In this document: positions 24,207 to 36,100 of the stretch, piece by piece | Layout: every line of letters starts with the position of its first letter | How positions within the stretch are numbered: position 1 is the stretch's first letter | Translations under genes and position numbers: made by a program | Source of the DNA: Botryllus schlosseri | Lineage: Eukaryota | Assembly: GCA_051294905.1 (NCBI GenBank) | Contig: CM119376.1 | Span: 5,456,001 to 5,520,000, forward strand | Direction: 5' to 3' | Length of the DNA stretch: 64,000 bases | The notes under the pieces: model-generated | Seen by the model: the letters and a program-made list of their open reading frames with translations, nothing else | What the model was told of the DNA's origin: nothing | Database searches by the model: none

Positions 24207-24216
24207 AGTTGCTGTG
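24207..24216 (+). CDS. WBP1/VOPP1-like gene, exon 2 (10-nt microexon, S-C-C)
   Basis: tgtgtttctttttcag|AGTTGCTGTG|gtgagt; converts phase 0 to phase 1 as the model requires. Confidence 0.6.
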
Positions 24217-25732
24217 GTGAGTCGTATATCTTTTTCTCGATACTTTAGTTTCGCTGGATTATTTGGATGTTAATGTCGCCGTAGGCCTTTGTCGCGGTAC
24301 AGTTCGTCATAAAAGGTAGCCTATATCTTCTGTTGAAATTTGAATCTTTCCAAACCCAACATTGGAAATATAATTAGGGAACTCCTATCAGCAACGTCAT
24401 GTTAAACCACAAGAGTGTCTTCACTTAAGAATTCAAACCTCGCCGATAATGGAATAACATATTTGGATAATAGAGAAATCTCTACAAGTTCGGGCCAGTG
24501 CCAGTTGCTAGTTACGCTTCGACTCCTTAGGATATTGTTCAACTGCCGTTCCGGATATGTATCGACAATGACGGTGAGACATGTAATGTAACAGACAAAT
24601 TCCAACGCGCAGGCGGGGAAATTTGGCAGCTTTACGTAAATATGAGAATGTGGATTTCAATCGATAAAATCGACATACCGACGTCGCATTATTTTGACTG
24701 CAAACACTTCGGTTTGTCTATTGCGCCAGTGCATGCTGGGACAAAACGAATTTCTTTCTGCGGGATCAAATTTTTTAATATAAAAATTACTGCAAACTAT
24801 CCTAAATTCACCCACGTTTCTGGCGTGACGGGCGGCGTACTATTGCCCGTTTCACTGCCACCGAGGGTTTTGGGTATGAACCCGACTGAAGAATATAATC
24901 ATTCCGTCATTTATCGAGATATCTCCATGTTTTCGCTATATACAGATTACTCCTTGTTGCAACCCAGGCTGGATAGATATTGGGTAACGTGTCGCAAAAT
25001 CATAGAGTGGGAATGTGCCGTGATTGAAGCCTGCAGATAATGAATGGGCAACCAACTATTGGGACTTCTGTATAACGTCAAACCCCGCATACTCAGGAAA
25101 TGGCACAGACACTTATCAAAGCAACATCCCTCCCAACTAGCAGACCTTCATTTTCGATAAAAAACTGTGATCACTACGGTTCGTTTCAAGTTTTTTAGTT
25201 TCAACATAAATGCGCAATTTTGAACCGTCTACATATGCGGCATATGTATATTGTATATGCATTGCAGTTCATTTGGTTTTCGCGCGTGGGACATCATCTC
25301 AAACAAATTTTTGCCAAAATTAATGTATTATTATAACCTGTACGTTTTGTGCTTATGTGCGCCAATTAAATTCGCGATTATTCCGCGACGATTCGAGTCG
25401 CCGTTGATGTAAATGTACTTCGTCATTTCCGCGTTGTTAACAGTACGATGCGGAAATTCAAATATAATCATTAATCACGCAGCACATGCGGAACGTTGTC
25501 GACTACTTCTAATATTGAAGCAGCGACACACCCCATTCGCACAAACTCCCAATGTATTAAGCTAGTGAACATGGAATTTTCGATATTCCGATTTAACTCG
25601 CTCGGCACAAGCATCGAATTTCAAATAGTGTTTAGCAGAAAGCGGGATTTCAAGTTCTAGTGCTATTTGCGGATTTTGAAAAGTGTTTAGTTCTAGTTCT
25701 AGCTCACAAGTATTAGCCGCAGAACAACTATA

Positions 25733-26080
25733 AGAGAGAGAGAGTCTTTATTTTCATCCAACAAAAATACATAACAAACGGCAGTGATGGTGGTACAGAA
25801 AATATGCGTGCACAGTATTCGGTATTAGATAGGAATGATCGATAAGACCGTGAAGGTCATCTAGTCTGATAACACCAGCATCAAACAGGTACACTTGACT
25901 CTGAACAGCCTGGCTGTAAAAAAATGTTTAGTTAAGAAAGGAAAATAGAAAAAAAATGAAACGATGGTAGCAAATGATCAATGAAGCAATGTCTGGGCGA
26001 GGTAGGGCAACAGTATTAGTGTAACGACAAGAGGTGATCAAGTAGGGCTTTTTTTTAATATAAAACACGCGTCATACCGA
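25733..26080 (-). mobile_element. Probable 3' end of an L2/CR1-type LINE
   Basis: Minus strand ends ...GAAAATAAAGA followed by a (CT)n tail; upstream broken frame LLPYLAQTLLH*SF resembles a LINE ORF2 C-terminus. Confidence 0.35.
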
Positions 26081-26569
26081 TGTCCCGTTGTGTGATGTTC
26101 CTGCAGCCATTGCCAACTCAAAGTCATCACTACAAGTATAGTGGCGCGTGGCCAGGAGGTGGGTTTTGGAAGTCGAAACGCCTCCCATTTCAAACACGAA
26201 ACCCCGTCCTTTTTAAATGATGATTCCGACTCCGACATTTCTTAGCTTCATTTACAATTCAATAATTCGTAGTATTATTATCGGTCATAAGTTGTGTTCT
26301 TGTTAGTTAGTTCTAGTTCTAGTTGCGAGTTTTGAAAAGTGAGTAGTTCTAGTTGCGCATCTTGAAAATCCAGTAGTTCGTGCAAGTATGAATCAAGCGA
26401 CCACCCACCACTTAACCATGGCCTCGGAACATTCGTCGCGCCATTATAGTATTACCCCGTATATCACACTAACGACATCACGGCCGTAAGCTTTTCTAAC
26501 AACTATAATACTCACTAGCTTGCTATATATTAATACACTATCCAGTCTTACAAAGTCAGCGTCAGTGCT

Positions 26570-26710
26570 TTCTGTGAGCAGCGCTTGGTCATGCCCTGTG
26601 CGATAGACACGATTGACTATTCTGCGAGCAGCGCTTGGTCATGCCCTGTGCGATAAACACCAGGGATATCCCTGGAGTTTTAGATATCCCTGGATAGACA
26701 CGATTGACTA
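26570..26710. repeat. Tandem duplication of a 50-bp unit; the second unit carries a mu1 insertion
   Basis: Unit 1 26570-26619, unit 2 26620-26710 (50 + 41 bp). Confidence 0.85.
26661..26692. mobile_element. Micro-insertion family mu1, 32-33 bp
   Basis: CAGGGATATCCCTGGAGTTTTAGATATCCCTG flanked by GATAAACA(C) / GATAGACA(C), one mismatch. Confidence 0.75.
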
Positions 26711-26821
26711 TCATAATTACGATTACTTAATAGGTCGATAGCACATTGCCGGTACTCAGAAAATGAAATTGCCGCTCGGTCAGAATTGACGAGAAGTATC
26801 TCATTTGAACACAGCTCGACA

Positions 26822-26995
26822 GGATAACGTGAGCTAACGGTGGAGCGTAATGCTTCTTGTGCGGTAGATCATTGGTTCTATCCTCGGCCGGGTCAGACCA
26901 AAGACCTGATCAGCAAAACTGGTATCCGTGACGTGACTTCCCCGCTTGTCGCTCATCATTTCCGGGATAGCATGGGGGGTGCAAGACTTAGAAAG
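26822..26995 (+). mobile_element. tRNA-derived SINE, degenerate
   Basis: A-box-like GAGCTAACGGTGGAGCG, B-box-like GGTTCTATCC, then CGGGTCAGACCAAAGAC...AAAACTGG central block; a related tail fragment lies at ~29195-29235. Confidence 0.5.
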
Positions 26996-27314
26996 CCTTA
27001 CAATGCTATTTGTTCACTTTCCTTGTCCAGTGTCATGTACACATCATGTACTCGCGGTATGCATATGCGCGTGTTGTGTATCATGAGTCGGTGTATTTGC
27101 CGCAATAATATCAAGGACAAAAATATGACACATCCTATTAGCTCGACTCGTGCTAAAATTGGATGTATGTAGTTTTCGATGTCCACTGCTGAAGTGGTGA
27201 TGTAAGAATTCTGTATGAAATCGCTAACCTTTGAGCAATAGATAGTATCGAAAATAGAGATGACGCCTGTACTACACGATGCATAAAACTGACTCTATGC
27301 TTCCTCATTCGCAG

Positions 27315-27365
27315 ATGATTATGACTATAACTGCGACTGCTACTACTCCGTTTACACTACGTGGT
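27315..27365 (+). CDS. WBP1/VOPP1-like gene, exon 3 (Cys/Tyr-rich ectodomain)
   Basis: cttcctcattcgcag|AT...TGGT|gtgagt; (D)DYDYNCDCYYSVYTTW(W); 51 bp, phase 1-1. Confidence 0.7.
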
Positions 27366-28049
27366 GTGAGTATACCAGTTTTCAGCCGAAGTATTTTCGA
27401 TCACTTTTGTTTAGATACGTTGGTATCCAGTTAATTGGTGCTTGCTTACTACTGCGTACTGGCACCCGTCCTGATTATTTCGTTGCACCAGCGTCATGGG
27501 TGATGAAATGAAATCTTATTTGGCGAAGGCCCGTCTGTGTAGTGATATGTCTTTCGTTCCTTCAACACAATCATTTCAAAGCATCACAAGATAGCGATGC
27601 CTTGAAAATATTGCAAGGGAGTCGAGATGATTCGGCTCAACACTATAGATCAGACAACCACTGTGACCTCGCCTGTATGCCAATACGACCGCGGCCTGTC
27701 ATATATACTCGAACTGTAGGGCGGGCACAATGATTCATGTGTTTGAATCTGAATCGAGTATTTATTATTATGATTTTAGTCGTTTAGTGAGAGATGAATA
27801 TTTCGAGTTCTGAAATTACACGCTCCTCACCTCTAACAGTTAATTTTATAAGAAAATTATAGTATCGATAGTATATTCCAATATGACAGCCTTGAAATCT
27901 CGATTGATCGTATCACAGCACACGAGACATGTTGTGGAAAGCTACAAGCTCAACCGTATATATAAACCTTCCATTGGCACTACACACAAATGGCGTAACC
28001 ACAATCACTGGGTTATACTGGATAACAATACACTCCTGTTTCCGCATAG

Positions 28050-28231
28050 GGTTTTGGGTGGCGGTTGTCGTCGGTGTCCTGCTGAAGTTTCTATGCATCG
28101 GATGCTACGTCAGCAACAGAAGAAAGAGAATGCGGATGTACTACGTACCCACGCCGACTGTGCAGACTCAAACCTGCGTTACCACCAACACAACCGTACG
28201 CGTGCCAGTGGCGAACGCTCGCCCTAACAAC
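28050..28231 (+). CDS. WBP1/VOPP1-like gene, exon 4 (transmembrane helix plus basic stop-transfer)
   Basis: ctcctgtttccgcatag|GG...AACAAC|gtaaga; FWVAVVVGVLLKFLCIGCYVSNRRKRMRMYYVPTPTVQTQTCVTTNTTVRVPVANARPNN. Confidence 0.8.
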
Positions 28232-28634
28232 GTAAGATTCGTTACATATACATAGAATTACGGCTGGGCATTACGGCTGGGCACATACTTGAATGACAAG
28301 ATAATTCTAGTGGAAATGCCGGTAATCCAATTCTAATCTAATTTGTGAAATGTCTCTTTGCTCCAATACAAAGTCTAATCTAATACGTACGTAACGTACG
28401 TAACGAGCCAAGCTTGCTGTACAGACATTTGCCGTCCTCGTACTTGCGATAGCGAACTCTGATTTGATATGAACTGAAAATAATCCAATGTAATGTAGAA
28501 CTGACATTATGTTATTTGTAGTCGCATAAATGTTACATTTTATAAACTTTCCACACTTTCAATCCCAGCCCTAAATACAACACAATCGTATGATGTCGGA
28601 GGCCATGGATTTAAAGGGTAATTCTTTGTTTCAG

Positions 28635-28787
28635 ATGCCACCGCCGTACCCTGGCTACGCTCCCCAGCCTTGTCCTGGCTATGCGCCACAGCCCTATCCT
28701 CAAGCCGCCGGCCCCAGTCAAGCGAATGTGGTGCAATCGCAGATGGACACTCGTATCGAAAAAGACACGCAGTTGTTGGTTGCTTGA
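28635..28787 (+). CDS. WBP1/VOPP1-like gene, last exon (PPxY, Pro-rich tail)
   Basis: ttctttgtttcag|ATG; MPPPYPGYAPQPCPGYAPQPYPQAAGPSQANVVQSQMDTRIEKDTQLLVA*; the full model is 149 aa. Confidence 0.8.
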   Translation: MPPPYPGYAPQPCPGYAPQPYPQAAGPSQANVVQSQMDTRIEKDTQLLVA

Positions 28788-29519
28788 GTCTAAAATTGCC
28801 AGCACTACGCTCATGTTCCGTGGCTAGGATCTTGATTTATAAGTAAAGTTTTGTACAGTAGGCCTAACTCTTTCTTTCTGGTATGCCGTATGTATCATTT
28901 GGTGTTACAAACATTTTCACACCTTTTTTGAGGAATCTTTGTGTGATTATTATGGCTTTGAGTTCTTAACAGGTATTTTCCGTTACTGGCTATGTGTAAA
29001 CAGATTTTGACACGTAGGTAATGAAGGCGGTCCGTCGCAGAGTATGGCCGCGGTCTGAAATTTGGTCGCTAGGCGAGTTTGCTGGGAACCCTCACGGAAA
29101 TTAGGATGCAGGGTAAAACTGTATAAGCACGTACGGAAAGGCTCAAATTCTAACATATTGGAAAGTATAGCCGTGCTTGGAGTTTATCGGTTCAGGGACA
29201 GCATGGAGGTATGGTGCAAAACTTAGAAAGCCATGTAAGGAGCCCCTTCCATATCCAGCGGCGTATATGCGCAATCGCATGGCATGTGTGGTATGCGCGG
29301 ATCTTGTGTATATAGCTATATATGCGTTACTAGGCTACATGATCCGGTGTAGCTTACATGCCGCAAATCGTCGAAGACAAAAACAAAATCGTCCCGTTCA
29401 TATATATAAAATGATGATGCGACAAGCGACGCGTTCCCTGAGACTCCGATAGTTTGTTCGTCCGGTGTGATTCGACGTACAATGCGCTCCTTAGTACACC
29501 ATTGAAACCATACTTATAC

Positions 29520-29853
29520 TAGGGTTACAATACGTCCTCTTTTATGAGGATTTGTCCTCATTTTTGACTTTTTTGAATGTGTCCTCGGATGACGCCCTTT
29601 TGTCCTCTTTTTTGAGAATTTTGGTCTATTTATAGCAAAATTCGACTGAGATGCCATAAATTAGCACCGAAGTGACGCTCCGGCGGGTATTTCGGGAGCC
29701 GAGTGGAAAGTTGTTTTTTTTTATGTTTTTTTTAGTCAACCGACCACAAGTAGGAAAAATTTACCATTTTTTGAAAATTCTACTCCGGTTTTGCAAGTCT
29801 GAAAAGTCTGAAAAAGTGTCCTCTTTTTAGATTTCCAAAATATGTTAACCCTA
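29520..29853. mobile_element. hAT-type MITE, family C (GAGGAC-rich ends)
   Basis: TAGGGTTACA...GTTAACCCTA; perfect 8-bp TSD ACTTATAC (29512-29519, 29854-29861). Confidence 0.9.
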
Positions 29854-30380
29854 ACTTATACCAACTTAGCGTACAAATGTAAGCTAGACAATAACAATAA
29901 GAGAACTGAGTAGTAGTCGCTCTATGCATATAAGGTATAACTACACTCACTAAATTGAAATCCAAGGTTGTAGTTCAAATTATTATCGTTTTGTTTCTTT
30001 TCGTATGATTCTAAAATTATATCCTGTTTGTTTCTTATCATTTCATATCCACATACAGACTTAAATTTCAGTTATATCGAAGTCCAAATATTGAATCTAT
30101 ACTTCATCGTCATCCATGCCAACGGACTTTCTTGCCTCTTGCGCAACCGGAAATTGAACTCGCTTTGGTATCGACACTAAAATCGGTAACATTACGTGAT
30201 TCTAGATTAGGTCAACGTGAACTAATAGATGCGTTGCGTAGGCTACATGAAAAACGACTCCTATCTGAAGTCTTTACTCTTGTTCATTGTTCATGGAAAC
30301 ATCAATGCCCGAATACTGCATAGAATATGTCCAGTCCAATTTGTAACATATTTCAAGTGCTTGGATATGTAGGCTAAAAC

Positions 30381-30410
30381 CAGGGTTATATGGAGTTCTA
30401 TATATCCCTG
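30381..30410. mobile_element. Micro-insertion family mu1, 30 bp
   Basis: CAGGGTTATATGGAGTTCTATATATCCCTG flanked by a perfect 8-bp repeat GCTAAAAC (30373-30380, 30411-30418). Confidence 0.8.
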
Positions 30411-30509
30411 GCTAAAACGCGTAGACGTTGACTAAATTTGGATATATTTAAATCCACGCAATGCTGACAGTCGCGTGTACCAAATGCGAGCAGTGGCGAA
30501 GTATTGTAT

Positions 30510-30552
30510 CATAGCGATTTACAACGTTATAGCTATGTTGTAAATTGCTATG
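30510..30552. mobile_element. Micro-insertion family mu2, 43 bp
   Basis: 16-bp TIR CATAGCGATTTACAAC / GTTGTAAATTGCTATG (one mismatch); 7-bp flanking repeat ATTGTAT (30503-30509, 30553-30559). Confidence 0.72.
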
Positions 30553-30615
30553 ATTGTATGCAGTAGGCATACTGATAGGCTACTACCAGTGGGCAAAGCG
30601 ACTGCTCTTATTGCA

Positions 30616-30962
30616 CAGGGTTACCAAATTTTGGAATCGGGAAAAGAGGACACTTTTACCAAATCAGAAATGTTAGTTGATCAAAACTGAAAACAGTCGA
30701 TTTCGATATTTTTGCTGTAAATTTGGTGAGTTAACTTTAAAAAAAGGTAGCCTTAGTCATTTTCGATCGAGCCACGAATTTCGCGCTCGAACGTCCGTAT
30801 TTGCTATTTATAGCGTCATTTATGCCCATTTTCACTCGTATCTGTCCATCATATCTTACCTGTAAAAGCTGTAAAGGATGACGAATTGCCAAAAAGGAGG
30901 ACATTTCAAAAACCTGAAAAAGGAGGACAAATTCCCCTAAAAAAGGACGTGTGGAAACCCTA
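30616..30962. mobile_element. hAT-type MITE, family C
   Basis: CAGGGTTACCA...GGAAACCCTA; perfect 8-bp TSD TTATTGCA (30608-30615, 30963-30970). Confidence 0.9.
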
Positions 30963-33110
30963 TTATTGCACATCACATATGGTTGTTCGGGCATTCTTTA
31001 ACGATGTTGTGAAACGATGAAATTACCATGTCCAAGTTGAATCTTTGGGGTGGGTGCAGAACGCGGACATCTAGAACTAGACCTAAATATTGCTGGGACA
31101 AGGGCGCCTTTCGCTCCCTCTGGTTTACATATTCAGGGTCGCGATTGCTTGCATCGTTCATCAGTTCAATATTTGCAGCGGCTTGTCGCATAGGAACATA
31201 TTCATATTCAGGATTCGTATCCATATTTGGATATGGAATTCGGAATAATGGATAATGAACTAATTCACAATTTGGACTTGGATTTCGGGATTTTGGTAGC
31301 AAATCTGATTTTGTACTGGGAAAGGACACATGTATAGTTGGACACTGGACAAGTGGACAGTGCACACTATTCATGAACTGATTGAAAATGCTAAAGATGG
31401 ATAGGATTAGTAGGATATCGAGAAGCTATGAAAATGAAGACGAGGCATATTTTATTCATTATATCGTTTCTTGCCACATTATCGAGGAGCGAATTTGTTG
31501 ATTAATACGTAATTCCAGTACCCTGTTTTACAGTTTGGACTCCCTTTCCCACTCAATTTTTGCAAAATGTGGAAGTGGGAGGTTGTGTGGCGGAGTTATG
31601 CGAATTCAGTTATATTTTTTTAGTTGCGTATCGATATCATCAAGTTATTTCACCTGGTTACGAAAAGGCAGGGTATAGATTGCTAGATCAGTTATGTATT
31701 GCATTGCATGTATTGTATATCACATTGTACATTGTGTACGTGTGTGTCTTGGGCTGATGAAAATACAATCTGAGATCTGACGATTGATTCATTGATTGCA
31801 AGTACCAGGTACGATGATCGATTGATTTGCTATGTTGTTTTGCGCAAAAGTCGGTTTATAGTTCATGTATATTTATCGATACTAGAAGTTTATGATAGGT
31901 GTCACACTAAATGGGCACGGTATCCAATCCTGATTGGAATCGCTGGCCTTTTTGCCTGATATATCAGGTGAGCAGCGATGATTTTCCAAGTTAAAGTAAT
32001 TTAATAAAAAATAATTAAAAAATAAAATATAGTGTGAGCACAGGACGCCGATTCCAAACAGGTATCCAATCCATTATTTTCTGAAGAATCCCCAGATTTT
32101 CATATTTTTCAAACAATCGAAATATTGAGGTACAATTAAAACGTACGAAGCGTCAAGTGTCATAATGACTCGGCTCGGATAAATCCTGTAGTTGTCCAAT
32201 CAAACGCAGCCGACAACGACAGTGACAACCGAAATTGTCGATTAGAAGCTAAAATACAATTCTTGATTAATGATTACCTTGATATAATATGTTCTTTGTT
32301 TTGGTTGATATGTTGCTACAACATCAACACTTTGTATACTTTGCTGTAATTGTTGATTTCAATGGTGTTAGCTGCATTGCACAACATAACATCGTTGGGT
32401 TATATTTTTCATCTGAACAAGTCACACACAATGTACAATGCGATGTCATGAACAGATAGAAGGATGTCGAACGACACGCTTCAGTAGCGATCCTTTTATT
32501 CTCACATCCACCTCGGCCTAGAGTGCCCGAAGTCACAGTTCTTTTCGATGTTGATCTTTTTTGAAGCCGCGGCCCTTTCTACTGTTTTTTTTTCCATTCT
32601 TTGTGAGTGGTTTCTTTCGCCGGGTCTTTTACTGGGCTTTACTGGGCACAGTGCACATAACAATCACATTGACTGATATTGTCAACAATGGAAGCTGTTC
32701 ACAATGATAATAATGCTTCTTATTTATATTTAATTAGTTTTGTATTCATTTCTTGGGCTCGTTTTATGTTCCTACTCAACTGAGGGAAGAAATTGATTTC
32801 TAGATCAAAATATATGTATGAGCGACTCTGACCGTGAAGATTATCGGGTCTCCATGTCAACGCCATCCATAGGGTTATCTAATATTAGCTTGTTTTCGGC
32901 AATTAAAAATTATCTCATTGCATGACTTGCATGGTTAATAATATCATCTTGTGTATTTCTCGGTTGACAAAACATACAAACTATCTCTCTCAATTCTCTA
33001 CACAATTAAAGGAGAATATTTCATGCAGAAACCCTAGCCTTTGACAGTCGACATCAATTTCATTTACAGTGTCGACAATGTCTTGTACGTAGCACTAACC
33101 TACAAAGACA

Positions 33111-36100
33111 ATGGGTAGCATGCACTTACTATTCTGTAACACATTCACGTGCGACCCTCCCGGTCCTACGGGCAACTGGGCCGTCGTCAAGTTTCCTTGT
33201 ATGATCGCTGTGGATTTGATAAAGATCATAGCGCCAGGAGTGAGACCGCATTCTCAACTGCACGATGATCAATATATCGGGAAGACGTCGCCTGGAAAGT
33301 TTCGTTTGGAAATATACTCTGACGATCGCTCCGCCAATAAGACTACTTATGATCAAGTCGGATATTTAGACTATTCCGAGACGCAACATTGCGAATTTCG
33401 ACCTCTGTCTGCGTTGTATAGCGAAAAATTGTTGCTTAACGGCTGGTTCACGCGTTTAACCATAGCTGTGTACGGAGGTGTTTTGAGTGATGTGGGGTTG
33501 CCTCCTCCGACGCTTGACTTACCTGTGAAAGCACCATCGTTGGTTATTCACGAAAAACCAGAAGGTAGATCGGTGTATATTCGTGGGACGCAAGATATGC
33601 CAAAACTGACAAAAGATCTCGACAAACCAGAGCCGTTAATGTCCTCCTTTCCGCCAAACGCGAAAGGATACATGAATATCAACGATAACATCACAGACAG
33701 AAGACAATACGGAGAAGACAAAATCATGGACCTCCACCCTTCCTACTACGATAGGCGGCGTCCTAAGAATTTCAACGATTCAAATCGCGGCCACCACAGA
33801 AACTTCCCAGACGAGAGGTGCGACCATCAAAGACCACCCAGAAATAAACATCAACACATCGACGTTGATTTCCAAGGTAACAGGTCCAACGATAATGATC
33901 GGTACAGGGACAGAGGCAGGCAGTTCACAGGGCATCAGCGGCACACAAAAAGAGACAATGTGGATGAATTAGGATCGTCCAGGCAGAATGTACTACCGAA
34001 AAGTGATATCTCTGCAAAACCTTTGCCTAACGCTACTCAAGATCTGAAGAGTGTACACGCGGACAATTCACCAAAACCAGATCACAGAAACACAGAAACA
34101 GAAGAAAGTGACGTGCCCCCAGAATGGGTCGATGCTGAGTATGAAGAAATCAGCGATTTAGACGCAGAGGAGGAAAGGTTTAGCTCTGTTAATGATTTAG
34201 AAGATATGATGGACGATGATATTATAGCGTCAGCTACGACTTTTAATCCGTTCCTAACCGAACCCGCACAGCTCCTGAATTTCACTCACCCGGGAATGAG
34301 CGATTTTGAATTAGCTTGTAGTAGCCTTTTATCGGAAGAAGACAGTGGCTTGTCACAGACTGGAAATGAAGAAGCGACCTCCAGATTCGAATCATTATTG
34401 ACTAAGGCTAAAAAGGTCGGTAAAATCAAAATCGGCGAATCGATTCCTACGTTAGTGCTGAAAAAACGCGAAGGGAAGGACTGGGTTTCCGTTACAGAAG
34501 AAATCATTCCGTTAGTGACGGTCGCGTTACCGCAGTTTGGTGTCACATCTCGCGATAAATATGACGAATACGTATCGTTGCTTGTGGCGTTTGTGTTTGC
34601 CGGACTCGACACAAACGTAGTTTCAAAGCAAGCTATCGGAATTAACTTGCGGATGTTAAAATGCGGCGTAAACCTGGCAGATAAACTCTGTCAAACGACG
34701 CAAGATATTGTGGCCGTGCTTGCGGAAGGAGGTTTGGATGCAAGGCTTGTTTCCTTGCTAAAAGAAGACAATATGGCGTCGTCTGTTAAAATCATGATAT
34801 TACACGCGTTAGACTCGTACTTGTCATGGCCCTGTGCCTTATCAACATATTTTCCAGATAACGGGAAAGCCAATGACACGTATCTTGAACTAGTCGAGCT
34901 GATATTAATTCCGCAAGCAGCCAGAGTCGCATCTGCGTTGTCACGTCTTATGAACAAAATCAGTTTGTTCCACGCAATGTGGAAGTTAAAAATCGTCAGT
35001 CAAGAACTAGTTGAAAGTAAAGTCCCTCAGTTGAACGAAGATTTCGATTCTGAAGATGATTTTAGCGGCGAGGAGGTTCTCGAAGAGGAAGACGTGGTTT
35101 GCGATGATGAAGGCATGAATCATGGAGTGTCTCGGTCTGACGATGTGCAAAACGCGGAAAGTCACGATGTGGAAGTAGATGTTATCCAACCAGAAAATAT
35201 AAAAAATAGAGCAAAAGCTACTGATTATGATGATGTGGATTTAGTCGATCCTTTGGAATCGGTGGTGCATCTCGAAAACTCCGAGATCTGCCAAGATATC
35301 AACACCGTTCTGCAGTCTTTGAATTTAATCATGCATACTTTTGAGGATGTCGGCGAAACCATAACTCAACTGCCGAAAACGGTGTTCCCGACCACTGCAG
35401 ACAGCCGTGAGGTGTCTGTAAAAGCCTCGTTGGCTTGCATGTTTCGAATGATGGAATGGTACAACGTTTTGCCGTCTGTGCAAGTGCTTCTGTCTTTGCC
35501 GTACGTGTCTGGTGACTCGGAACTATTTGAGGCTTCGTACAAACTGTTGGATTTTCTGATGTCGCGACAAGACGGACTATTGTTTTTGGCGTTCAACTCT
35601 GGTTATGTTTTGTGTCTAGCTCGACATCTACTCAGTTCTGACGTGGACCTCAGTAACGTTGAAATTGTGGGCACCGCGACGCATTTAGGTGCTAAACTCG
35701 CGTTCCATCTTCAGTGCATACAATGTGTGGATCAGCTCAAAGTTTTATCAGATGGTAGCAGCGAAGAGGTGTGCTCGCCGGAAGACAGCGTGGAAGTGTT
35801 TCGTGTGTTGTACTCGTTGACTTTTCCTACGTACGGCAAGTACTGGACTGCTAGTGTTCTTTCGTTAGACGACAATATCCTGCCGTTACTTACTTTCGTG
35901 CAGCGTGTTAAGGAAGAAGAGAAAGGCGAGGATGAGTCTGAAAAGGTAAAAGAGGGAGAAAAAGCGGAAGAAACGAAAAAGAAATCGGTACGCAAAAATG
36001 CGGCTGGGGGATTCGCTGCTAGCTTATTGCTGCTGACGTTGAAGATGTCTCGAAATGTGTCATACCTTGTAAAACACAGAGAGTCTGTGATGAGCACGGT

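Noticed and set aside
24642-25040. 132-aa ORF in a WBP1-like intron
   Set aside because: No motif, no fitting splice sites, background composition.
28855-28870. Recurrent TAGGCCTA palindrome (also ~7495, 14411, 47745, 51787, 63023)
   Set aside because: No shared flanks or TSDs; a background motif with no testable structure here.
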